From positions 485,335-549,334 of the forward strand of contig NIVC01000033.1 in assembly GCA_002269645.1 (NCBI GenBank): a stretch of 64,000 nt of DNA, read 5' to 3'. The notes below the pieces were generated by a model. It made no database searches. It was not told the origin of the DNA and saw only the letters and a list, made by a program, of their open reading frames with translations. This DNA comes from Macrostomum lignano. Taxonomy: Eukaryota. The position numbers and the translations under genes are program-made. Below, in pieces: positions 1 to 11,507 of this stretch (positions are counted from its first letter, which is position 1; each line of letters opens with the position of its first letter).

Positions 1-614
1 TTTGTGCAGGAAATGCACGAACAAATTAAAATGGTGGACTTCAAACACCCGAGAACTTGAATACCCCAGAAACTTTTTACTGTAGCCTTTGCATAACTCA
101 GTCTGCCGACAGATTTCAGTCATTTATTTAAAAAGGTGCACTTAGCTCGTAACTTTTGTTTTAACTGTTTTAGGCTGTTATGTCGATGCCATAACAAATG
201 GCTACAAACGAAAAAAACGGCCCATTACCCAGTTATCGATTTTAAAGTGTATGTACGGTTTGAATCTCTGAAATTAATAAAAGGCTCCAAAAACGGCATG
301 CAGACAGAAAATTTTGTAACTGAACAAACAATTTTAAACACGGATACTAAACACTTTTATATAAAAACTTTGATTTCGCTTTCGTGAGTAAATTATTAGC
401 ATCTATTAATGTGTGTTAACACTTGGCGTAGCTTGAAGCAACAGGCAAACGAATTTGCAAAAACTACTGCACTACCAAGTTTCAATGGGTGGAAAGAAAA
501 CTACTGCGTATCAAATACGCGATTTTGAAAGCAATGAAATTTACAGACCTGTTCGTACCTGCGATCATCGCAACTGCTTTATAAAAGTCTTGGAATACTG
601 TTGCATAAAAAACT

Positions 615-2393
615 TCAATCAATCTCGTCAATCTTGCATTTTTTGACAGATGCGGTCGACGTTCCGTCGCCATCGTCTGTCGTCGAGCGCTTGCCGCTAC
701 TCAAGCTGGATTTCGGCAAGCAGCCCTGCTTCTCAAGATCTCGGATCGCATCGAGTTCGCGAAGCTTGGCAGCATGCTTCCTGCCCTGCATGTGATCCTT
801 ATAGGGGCACGGGCCGGCGAATTTCAGGTCGCAAATCTCGCACCGCAGCTCTGCAGACTGCCGATCCTGTTCATCATTTTTCTGCTTCTCCAAGCCGGCA
901 ACGGCGTTGCGATGCTTCTTACCCGCGTAATGCGCTTTGAGGTTCTCAGCTCCCGTCACGTCGATGTTGCACACGTCGCAGTGAAACGCACTCGGACCTG
1001 CTGACGTCGATGAGGTCGCGGCGGACAAGTCCGGCGGGGCTTTCTGCGGACAAAGGTTCGCGTTGAATACTTCAGCTCTGGCTAATAAGGGGGCAGTGCC
1101 CTCTACCACTTGCTAGAATCTTGATTCTGGCTGACAATTTTTAAAGTTCAACAAGGTACTCTTAATAATGTTGTAAATGCCCGAAAAGTTACTATTTCAA
1201 ACTGTCAGACTATGTAATAATTTACTAATAGCCAGATAAGCTATACAGAGAGTCCCATGTGGCAACCAGTTTCTGAGACTGTTCCGTGACATAATTTGGT
1301 GAAAGCTGCAACATGCAACAAACTACTAATTGAATCACCTACATGGACGTACAGGCATGACACCTGTAGCTAAACTTTTTTCTTATTGAAACTTCATATT
1401 AAAATTAATAATGACTTTCCCAGAAATAATAAGTACAGGTGGGGTAGCAACTACGTTCTTTCTTTGACTTAACTTATCTGCAAGGACCAAATTGAGGGGC
1501 CGTAGTCCAGTGGTCTAGCGCAGCGTTCTGATGTGCCAGAGGTTCGAATCCAAGTGCGGTCGCATTAACTTGGGGCTAAACTGGAAGCTCGGCTTGGCTC
1601 TGCTCGTGCAATTAACGCCCCTGAGGGCCAATCCCCAAGGCGCAGAGAAGTCTAAATGCCTAAAGATAAATAAAGTTAGGGCCGCTGTACACTCATGTGT
1701 GTGTGCCTGCTCAGGGGAGTCGGCGAAATGGGTAGCAATGCCTCTCGCCGGTTGTGTGACAATGTCGCTTCAAGTGCGCCAGGGTGCACACAGCCGCTGC
1801 CTCTGATATGAAAAGGACCAACATGCCAAGTAGCACCAATCCACACCGAAGCGCTCCCTTACCTTTGCCTTCGGTGCAGCCTCTCCAAATGAAACCAAAG
1901 CAGCAGAACGGGAATCCGACTCGGCAGTCAGCCTGACGTTCTCCCCGACAACAATGCCGGCAAACGCGGCGGCCTTCCGGTGCTGCCTGCCGTCCAGATG
2001 CATTTTGTAGTTGTGCAGCGAGCTGCAGTTCACCTTGCACAACTTGCACACAATGGGCGCCTTGTCGGCAGCAACTGAAGCAGTCGGCGGCTCAGCCTTC
2101 TCAGACTGCGATTCCTGAGCCGCAGTCGATGGCGGCTTCGCTTTGCAGTCTGTCGAATCAGTCGGCTTGGCAGGTTCAGCCGAACTGGACACTTCGTGAC
2201 TACCGGCTGCTTCGACTGATGAGTCCTGCTCTTGTTGCTGCTGCTGTGTCTCTGCAGAGTTCATTCCTGACGATGACCGAGAAGGCTTCGACAGGTCGAT
2301 TGGCTGATCAGTTGAGCAGGGCTTCGAGACAACGGCCAGATTCAGAGCATCGCCGCTCTCCTCCGCTGTCGAACCCTTGCCACCCGAGTCCAT
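615..2393 (-). CDS. U1-type/matrin C2H2 zinc-finger protein (ZNF346/ZNF385-like, putative dsRNA-binding), 2 exons: 2393-1863 and 1112-615
   Basis: Three CxxC-x12-H-x5-H fingers: CKLC..HLDGRQH, CDVC..HYAGKKH, CEIC..HMQGRKH. Phase-0 GTAAG donor at 1862 and TTCTAG acceptor at 1113 join the two ORFs in frame. First ATG is at 2393 (MDSGG). Confidence 0.85.
1496..1812 (+). mobile_element. tRNA-derived SINE, copy 1 (in the zinc-finger gene intron, antisense to the host)
   Basis: Head has an A-box-like TAGTCCAGTGG and B-box GGTTCGAATCC. The whole body matches 59437-59782 in reverse complement. Degenerate flanking repeat AAGGACCAA. Confidence 0.85.
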
Positions 2394-3595
2394 GCTCGCA
2401 AAGGCATGAACAACGAGGATAACCAGGTAAATTGCCGGCAAATCAACTAGGAAGTGCTGCTCTAAATTTTAAGAGCTCTCTATTTGCTCAATCAACTATC
2501 AAGCTAGCTAGCTAACAAGTAAGCAATAAATCAATATATTCAAAGGAGAGCAAAAAAGGTCCCAGATATTTCAATCATTCATAAAAATTTATTTAATGAA
2601 TGTAAAAAGCACTAGAAAATGCTAAAAATTATTCTATAATGCATTAAAACAGGTACTATCTATTTAAACCCAACACCAATCGCATAATTGAAAGTGGCCT
2701 TTGTAATAAAAAGTTCATGATAATCTAATGAAAAAATCAGGGCGCGTTTGAATTCTTTTCTTCAAAAAATGAACATTTTGTAATACCGTAGGCAATACAG
2801 TTGCTAGCAATGATTGAATAATACGCTAATAGTTGTCAAAGAGTCGCCTAAGAGCCAATTAGAGGAGTTTTATTGTCTGCGACTCTGGGGCCATAGAGTC
2901 GTATTCGAATCTATGCAGATTGCAGAATCACTGAGTTGCGTCTAGAGCAGTTCCCAGATGGAACAGTTTTATGATTCAAGGCAAAATGGATAAATTCTGG
3001 TCAAGCTTAACCTGGTTCAAACGACTCTAAATGACTCGATTCATGGCCTTTATAAATTGAATAGCACCAAAAATGATACACAATTGAGTGACGAATTTGC
3101 GAGATTTGTCATGTACTTCAGGAGTTTATCATAGATTATAGAGTTAAAAGCACTGGGGAAGGTTGCAGAAGAGCCAATTGAATCAGAAATATTCTGTAAC
3201 AATTAGGATGTTAAATACACACTTAGCAACATGCTGAAGTTTCAATCCCGAACTCTGTCTATACCACAGATTCTATAAACACTAGATGGCTCACTCAGCG
3301 AAAATCTTGCTCCCAAACAGATCGTCTATGGTTGGAATCGCTATTTTTAGCCCTAGTGTTAAACGCAGGCTTTTAATGTGTTCTATACTCTTCTACTTTG
3401 TTCTATTCTTATAGCTATGGGAAGTGAAAGCGAGGCATTTACCTCAAAATTGCCGAACTTTTTGCCATAACGTTTGATAGAAGATGTTTAAAAATCGAAG
3501 ATGTCTCAAATTTCACACTGTCCTTCGTTTAGATAAAAGCAGCATACTGTGAAAAGCTGACGTCAATAGGACCTGCTTGTCACACGTTATACCAC

Positions 3596-3658
3596 AATTA
3601 TCGGCACTTTAAAACAAAGGCATATCGTAAAAAGTCTCTTAAAGTGCCGATAATTGTC
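3596..3658. repeat. Short inverted repeat (hairpin), probably the centre of a decayed MITE
   Basis: CAATTATCGGCACTTTAA ... TTAAAGTGCCGATAATTG with a spacer of about 25 nt. Confidence 0.6.
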
Positions 3659-3779
3659 GCATAAAGTCTGATTGGAAAATCCTACTGCCTTCAGATTTTC
3701 ATAACTTAGTTTGTAGTTTGTTTGTGCTGATTCCAGTTCATTCATAGATGGACTAAAAAAGCAGTTAGCTGCACTGCAA

Positions 3780-4370
3780 TCACAGTTTGCTGGCAGCTGC
3801 AGTCTCCAGACGGACTAACCGATCCTTCAGTTGTCGATCTTGGGCATCAGCAAGTGGCCCTAGCAACGCCTTAGCAACTAGCAGGTCCAATCTAATTGCT
3901 TCGGTGAGCTGATCGATGCCGCCGGGAAATCTGGCCTCATCCCGCAAGTAGTGAGTCACCAGGCAGGCCAGGGTGCGGCCATAGAACTCTGCGGGCTGGC
4001 TGGCCGGCCAGTGGATGATGTGCACCTCAAACAGCGCCTTGTCCAGCCCGAACTGCGGGTTCGAGCCCCAGCTCAGAATGGCTGGCAGGGATGGCCCTGT
4101 CAATCGATAACTCCTCAAGCTGCCAGCTTCAGCTGCAGCTTCATCAAGCAGCACGGCGCGGCCGCAGTAGACGCCATAGCTGGGCAATCGGTCGGCATCC
4201 ACCAGTGCGTCTGATGCCAGATTTGCAGTTGGAAAGCCCAGCCGACGGCCGCGCTGGAATCCGCGGGTCACTGGGCCCAGCAGCAGGGCGGGCTGCGGCA
4301 GGGCCCGCTGGCCAGAGTGCAGTTGCTGCTGCCAGCTTCTGCCACCTCCTAGCGGTGCTGGAGACTGCAA
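3780..4370 (-). CDS. RFK: Riboflavin kinase (monofunctional); the true start needs an upstream exon
   Basis: Motifs GFQRGRRLGFPTAN, GVYCG, SWGSNP, FEVHII, EFYG, YLRDE and AIRLD. The ORF opens on TTG and has no internal Met. Acceptor-like AGs at 4365 and 4358. Confidence 0.9.
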   Translation of the reverse strand: MQSPAPLGGGRSWQQQLHSGQRALPQPALLLGPVTRGFQRGRRLGFPTANLASDALVDADRLPSYGVYCGRAVLLDEAAAEAGSLRSYRLTGPSLPAILSWGSNPQFGLDKALFEVHIIHWPASQPAEFYGRTLACLVTHYLRDEARFPGGIDQLTEAIRLDLLVAKALLGPLADAQDRQLKDRLVRLETAAASKL

Positions 4371-5027
4371 ATCATCGTCAAGTACAGAACTTTATAGATC
4401 ATTAATACTAGCGAGAGGACCCATATGGAACTCTTAAACTTAACTTTAACTTACACTGTTTTATTTAACAATGCCATTCCTTAGCAAAATTATTTTTTGT
4501 CAAAAAGTCACCCACCAGGAATATTATACATTATACCAGGAATTATTAGCATTATATCAGGAAATCCTGGAATGCATCTAATCCAGAAAAATGCCATGAT
4601 ATAAAAATAATACAATTTTCTTATACATTGGTGAAAAACTGTCACAATGCCACAAGAGCAAAGAGTACCATGTCAAAGTTTTATATAAATTCTAATATAA
4701 ATTGAATATAGCATAATGATTTATCCTAAAAAGGCCTGGCCAACTTAGCTCATAATGTGTATATAAATGATCCGTCATTCTATTCAAAGTGATACTAGAA
4801 TGCTGGGTTTGGCAAAAAAGAGCAACAAAAATTGGACTTGGGATAGACAAGAACAAGCAAGGGAATAACTGGAGACTTTACTTTATGAACTTGAGTTGAT
4901 GAGCCCTTTGTCTATAAAAGTGAATTGATTCACCTTTTTTATAAAGTTTGCAAATATTTGCAAAATATTTAAAAGACAAAAAATGCTTTTCAGGCCTATT
5001 TTTGCTTCAATATTAAGCCTATTCAAC

Positions 5028-5066
<39 letters not shown>
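5028..5066. repeat. (TA)n microsatellite
   Basis: Direct reading of the sequence. Confidence 0.9.
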
Positions 5067-5069
<3 letters not shown>

Positions 5070-5455
5070 CTAAAACTAACCTATTGTACATTAAATATAG
5101 AGGGTTTAAGAAAATTCAATTTGGTATACAAAAGACATCTTCCTGACTAGGGCTTATAAGAAAATTTTTTTCATCATTATTAGACTTTTGATTGATGAAC
5201 AAAAAAGGCAACCTTTGATAAGTCATTAGAGAGAACACTAAATTTTATTAGAAAGTAAATTATTTTAAAGAATTTTAAAACTATATATAAGAATTAGGCC
5301 TAAGGCCTATATTATAGTATCAATATATTGAAATAGGCTTCATTTATTAGTAACACTATTTCCTATAAATATCATGTTTTAAAATTACATGTTTTTGTTA
5401 TACTATACAAATATTAGAAATATTTTGCATATTCTATATATTATATGCAGACAAC

Positions 5456-7591
5456 ATGATCAACCAGGCCTTTATTCAAAACGATACAAAACAACTTTGG
5501 AACTTATTAAAAACACCAAATCCCTCAAACAACAGAGTAACAATTGATGAAAAATTTGTCATACACTTTCAAAATCTTGTAACTGAACAAGACAGCAGCA
5601 TTAGACTATCATACGATCTTCACCTTGACAACCCTATCCTGGCTGATTTAGAGGATTTCAATGCCCCATTCACCAAAGAAGAAATTATAAAACATATCAA
5701 AAAGCTCAAAACCGACAAAGCACCTGGGCATGATAAAGTATATGTAGAAACACTCAAATACCTCGAGAACGAACTTGCTGACCTCCTATGCTCACTTTTC
5801 AACGAAGCACTCAAACAAGGAACCTTCCCAACTAGTTGGATAACAAATACACTTCATCCGATTTATAAAAACAAAGGCAGCAGTGCCGACCCCAACAATT
5901 ACAGAGGAATCTGCATTCAACCAATTCTTGGCAAGCTGTTTTGCCAAATTATTAAATCCAGACTCGAAAACCTAGCATACACAAACAATCTTATATCAAA
6001 ATACCAATATGGTTTCAAGCCCAATCACAGCACAATCGACCAATGTTTTAATCTTTACAACATTATAAACCAATCCATCTACAACAAAGAAGAACTCTTT
6101 ATTGGATTTGTTGACTATGAAAAAGCCTTCGATAGCTTAAATCAACCGACCCTTTGGTGCAAAACGGATAATCAGGGTATTAAAGGTCAAATGATGGAAC
6201 TTATCAAGAACATGCATAAAAATGCCTGCTTCATTCTAAAAAAAGATGATGATGATGATGAAACCCAGCCAATCCCAATATCTAAAGGTGTTCTTCAAGG
6301 CAACCCTCTCTCTACCATTCTTTTTGAACTATATATTGACGACATTGTTGAATATCTGGAACTCTCTAGCGCTAGGCGCTCTCTTACGAGATCTGCTTTC
6401 CCACTCATCCTACTCTTTGCAGACGATCAAGCCATTCTAGCTAAAAACAAAGACGAACTTCAAGACACATTTACGACTATGGAAAATTACTGCAAACAAA
6501 ATTACTTGAAAGTAAACGCAAGCAAAACAAAGTTTATGCAGGGCAATACCAGACAAAAAAACGACACAGATAGCATTGCTACAAAAATATACTACGACAA
6601 CCAAGAAATAGAAGAAGTAAATGAATTTAAATACCTGGGAATTATTTTTGAACCAAAAAACAGCTTTAAAAAATGTATTGAACACCAAACTAAGCAGGGA
6701 TATACACTTACAGCCATGTTTTCCCTACTCCATAGGGTAAAGAATACGTCCCTAGACATCACACTCATTCGCAGACTATTTGACGCGCTTGTTACCCCCG
6801 TTATCACTTACGGTTGTGAGCTCTGGGGCCCTCTGGCTACCATGTCTGATACAAAAGCTATTGATAATATTCAGCTGAAATTCTACAAATATCTCCTCAA
6901 TCTACCAAAATTTGCTAGCAACAGTGTGATATCATCAGAACTTGAGCTTACTCCAATCTCTCAACGAATCGCTAAAACCTACCTCATCTACTGGCTGAAG
7001 ATTAGACACAAAAAACTCTGCCAAATGACTCTAGAAATTTTCTACTCAAGCACCGGCCAAAAAAATCCATGGAAAATGAATGTACTAAAGAAACTAGAAA
7101 GTATAGACCTAAAAGCACTAACTGAAGATAAACTCTCCCAAAGCTTTAATAGCGAGAAATACCTAGTGAAAAAGCACCTCAAGATACACAGAGAAAGAGA
7201 ACTTAGCCAAAAGCTAGAGAATCAGCAACATATTAAACTCTACAAAAACGCCTATCTCTACAAAAAAATCTGCAGGCCCGACCTTTCAGATTACTTCCCA
7301 TGTACATTTAGAAACAAAAAATTCTTAACAACCCTCCTAAAACTGAAATGCGAGATTACACCCAACTTTTTTTCTCAAGAACCATGTAAATTGTGTGGAG
7401 CGCGAAATGGTTCTGACATTCTACACTACTTGACCAAATGTCCACAAACTGAAGAGATCAGGAAAAAATACTTCTGTCAATACCTCTTAAATAGCAATCA
7501 AATACACAAGATAGGATATGCTACAAATGAAAAAAGAGTCAGAAAAGAACTCACTGGTGTAGCTAAAATATATGAAGTCATGAATAGCTAA
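5456..7591 (+). mobile_element. Non-LTR retrotransposon ORF2 (RT plus C-terminal CCHC), CR1/L2-like group, 5'-truncated
   Basis: 711-aa open frame with KAPGHD, NYRGI, QYGFKP, FVDYEKAFDSL, GVLQGNPLS, LFADD, FKYLGI, YGCELWG and CKLC..HYLTKC. No AP-endonuclease domain is seen. Confidence 0.92.
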
Positions 7592-8366
7592 AACAGTTAA
7601 ACAAACTGAATCAGATACATTAGCAGTGTAACAAATCCGCTTTTCAGTTGTTTATTCATTTACTGTCTTTTTTAATTCCCTATTTAAATCGTCGTTATTC
7701 GTTAAACGTAAAGTTCTTCCGAAGTATTGTTTATGTTCGTTTTTTCACGCTTTGAAATATCACGCGCTTTCAAAAATACTACATCTTTTTTTACAAACTC
7801 GCTTACCAAAGTAATCTCGCAATTAAAGCTATACCTCGTAATTTGTACTCATTTTTGTATTAATATTTATACTCGTTGTTAGTTGTTAGTCGTCACTTTT
7901 CGTCCAAAAATACCGTAAAAATTCTGGTGCGCTTTCAAATACTTTATCTTTTACAATAACTCTAACTCTTACTACTACTAACTCGCGGCAAATCGTCTTT
8001 ATAAACTTCTATTTCGAAAACTTTTCCAAATACATAGCTCTATAATATATTGGCCAAACAGCAGGGTTTTTTTTTGTGCGCAGAGTGTGCGTATGCACCC
8101 TAAATTTTAAAATCGCACCCTGAAATTAAAAAAGTAGGTGCGGTTTAGGTGCGGTCTTATAACCATTTTTCTTTAAAGGCTTAACCATGCTTAAGCTATT
8201 TTTTATGCACTGCCTTAAAATATGAAACAAAATAACTCTTTAAATCCTATTAAGTCATATAGGCGATATAGCCTATAGCTATAGCCTTATGTAAGATATT
8301 AAAATATACATTCCCAGTTGTCTGAAATGTGAGCAATGTGAGGGTTTCACGAGAGATATTCAGACA

Positions 8367-11300
8367 AAGGCTCCCTAAAACACGCCCCGCACCGGGCCCC
8401 GAACTGCTACACATTATAACATTTTTTGTCAATGCAGTATTTGATTGCAAGGAAAAGTTAAAATAGTAATGGAATAAATATCTTTATTTATTTTTTTAAA
8501 TATTTTTATTTTTTATATTCTCGTTTTCATTATTTAATTATAATATTATTATTTTATTAATATTATTATTAATATCACTTATTGTTCACCGAATTTTATA
8601 TTTCAAAGTAAAAAAACTAAATTTAATAAAAACTTGAAGCTTAACAGAAAACGCATTCTGAAGTGTCTTTAGTTATAGTCCAATTTGTTTTAATGTGTAG
8701 CGCTGCAGGGCGGTGCGGGGCGTGTTTTAGGGAGACGGGTGTGTATAAAAGCTGGCACTGGCACATTGGACACATTGGACACCCCTTTTTATAACAAAAT
8801 TAGATATGAAAATGCAGAATAAACTTGCGGAGATACTTTTAAATAATTTAAAAAATTGATAATAATAGAAATGACATCCTTGCTTTCGTGATAGATGATT
8901 TGTTAAATATTCTTTGTATTATCGTTTTTTGTACATGTTTAATTTGGCATTCGATTTTTTAAAATAATCGCACATGCAAAAACTGCAGCTTGCAATGCTA
9001 TTACACTGTGATTTTACTACCCCGAAGGTTCTGTACTACAGGCGTACCGATTTAATGCTAAATATGCCTGATATATGAAATGATCAAACTAATAGTCAGA
9101 ACTCAATTTTCCATAAAATGATAAAGCATTCTGCTCTTATCAAAAAACCACAACTTATTTTGTTAGGATTACTTCATGAAGAACGAACTTTGGATATTCC
9201 AAATTGCAAGTATTTCTATATTAAAAAAGTTAATACATTGGCAGATTATTTGATGAAAAAATTGCACCCAAAAAGTTTTTTTTACTTTGTAAGATGATGA
9301 TTAAATTAATAATTTCCAAGCTTCTTCTTTTATTAGTTCAATTACTTTTTGTATGATTTCAACCAACAAAAAAAGGAATAGCTACTCAGTGAAAGTTCAA
9401 ATTACAGTCTCTTCTTTATATACAATCCTTTTAAGAAAACATTATTATGAATAATTTGCCAAGTCATGATATTTTAGAAATTGTGCTAATCATTTAAATT
9501 ATGAGTTAAAAAATGCAAGCATATAAGTAAAAAATCTACCTCACAGACCAAGAAGTCTTTTTACTGAAAGTTTATATGTGACGCTTTGAAAAAACAACAT
9601 ATAAACCATCTTCACATAACATTTATTGTCATTTATTTCAGACCTAAATCCTTTAGCACATAAATATTCTGCACGTATGTTGCAGGGTATACTTCCTTCT
9701 TCTAAAATCCTACAAATGCCACAAAGTTTTAATAGGCAAATTTATTCGTATTGTTTATATTAATATTTCTATATTTATGAGAAGTTTTCCAATAAGAACA
9801 AGTTCCCAATCAGTAAAACACTATATTTTAATTCTAATGTCCAAAATTATGGCATTCTAAGGGACCAAGTGATAGGTTTTAAGCTACTATTAGCACCTGC
9901 ATGATTTATTTATTTAATACCTACACATTCCTTAATGTCTATAGTTCGCCTAATTGCCTAATTGCTAACCCTAATTCTAGCCTTCTTGGCTTACAAGTTT
10001 GAGTCTTCACAGCATATTATTCAATTCAAGCCCTACTAATTTTATTAGCCTCTCTTAATTTTATAAAATAATAATTTTCTTTAGTGTAACTGCTCCAAAA
10101 ATTTCAACTTTAATTTAAGTGGTGTGCCGAAACACCACTTGCACCATTACAGCCATCTATAATTTTTTGTGCTAATTGGTTGACCACTTTCAATAATTTT
10201 CTTGGTCAAGAGTGTGATATATGCATATTGCAGCATGAATTTTTTAAAGAATCCCTAATTTTATACAAGGAATCATATATATTTATAGAAAGTTAGCTCT
10301 TAGAGTAGAGATAAAGTACATAAGACTATTAATAGCAACTTTTCATACAATTGCTTATGGTAATGATTTCTATTGTTATAAAGTTACAAATAAATAAAAA
10401 GTTACATTGCATTTAAACTGTACTTTAAGAGTTGTAAGCCTTTCAACTCAGAGTGCACTTCAATTGCTTTAATATACATTGCTAGATGTTATTTAGCATT
10501 TCTTTGTTATTTATCATTTAACTCATTGCATTGTTTAATTGCTAATTTCATTTGCTCAGCTGCAATATTTATTACTTTTTTATTAATGCCAATGTTTGTA
10601 ATACTTTTTCTCCCCATTTTTAGTGTTTGTGGTATTCTTTTGTCAAATTTTAATTTTCCGCTGTATCTATCTTTACAAAAAATTGTACCTGTAAACTTAT
10701 GGTTTTTTGCTTACAATGGTACTGTACTGAATTATATTTATTTCCTTGTTAGATTCTCTAAATTGAAAAAGTAATGCACTGCTTTATTATCATGCATATT
10801 GAATATTAAGGATAGTTAGTATTCCTTCCTTGAAAAAGATTCTAGAGTTGGATTCTATTTGATAAGAGAATAAATAATTTATTGAGTTTAAATGTTTTTA
10901 AAACATTAATTAATTGCATTTTGATGGAAATCACAACTTAAAAAATTATTCGTTTTTTTATTTAAGACACGGGGGATTTTAAAAATCCATATTAACAGCA
11001 AATCAAACATTAACATTATGGGAGAGAGAGAGAGAGAAGGATTAGATTCACTTTCACCATTGCTGTTGATTTATGGAAAGGCAGTAAACAAGCCAGAGCA
11101 GCTGCAAATAGTCAAATATGCCATGTCCGGCAATAAAATTCTGCAACTAGTCTGCTGCTCACTTTTTCCAACGTTTATTGAGGACAAGAAACGGCATTTA
11201 ATGTTTCTATGTTTTCTGTAAGTGCACCAACTAGGTAAATGAAAATGACGTACCGAAAGTAGTTCGACAATAAAGCAAGATAAGAAATGAATTTAAATGT

Positions 11301-11507
11301 AGAATAAAACTTGTTGATACTACCAATCTCATGGTTGTTAGAAGTATATGAAAAAGTGCAATTATAAATAAATATTTACATTTTTATTCAAAAGCCAAAG
11401 TATATTTATTCAAGCAAAACAATGATCAAAACTCGATTTTTGTTAACATAAGGGGTGTCCAATGTGCCAATGGTGCCCTGCTTTTATACAGACCCTTAGG
11501 GAGACCC
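8367..11507. mobile_element. MITE of about 380 bp (excluding its insert) with a 9-bp TSD, Mutator-like; third level
   Basis: TIR CTCCCTAAAACACGCCCCGCACCG / CGGTGCGGGGCGTGTTTTAGGGAG. TSD ATTCAGACA at 8358-8366 and 11508-11516. Confidence 0.75.
8737..11495. mobile_element. 2.76-kb AT-rich non-autonomous TIR element with a 10-bp TSD, Mutator-like; innermost level
   Basis: TIR GGGTGTGTATAAAAGC..GGCACATTGGACAC / GTGTCCAATGTGCC..GCTTTTATACAGACCC. TSD TTAGGGAGAC at 8727-8736 and 11496-11505. Confidence 0.8.

Noticed and set aside
1496-1560. tRNA genes at the SINE heads (also 21190-21258 and 59715-59782)
   Set aside because: A and B boxes are present, but there is no complete cloverleaf or acceptor stem, and the heads continue into repeated SINE bodies.
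1705-1770. HDV-like ribozyme in the SINE body (GGCGAAATGGG and CCTCTCGCCGG resemble J4/2 and P3/L3)
   Set aside because: The elements are in the wrong order and I could not build the P1/P2 pairings. A covariance-model search would be needed.
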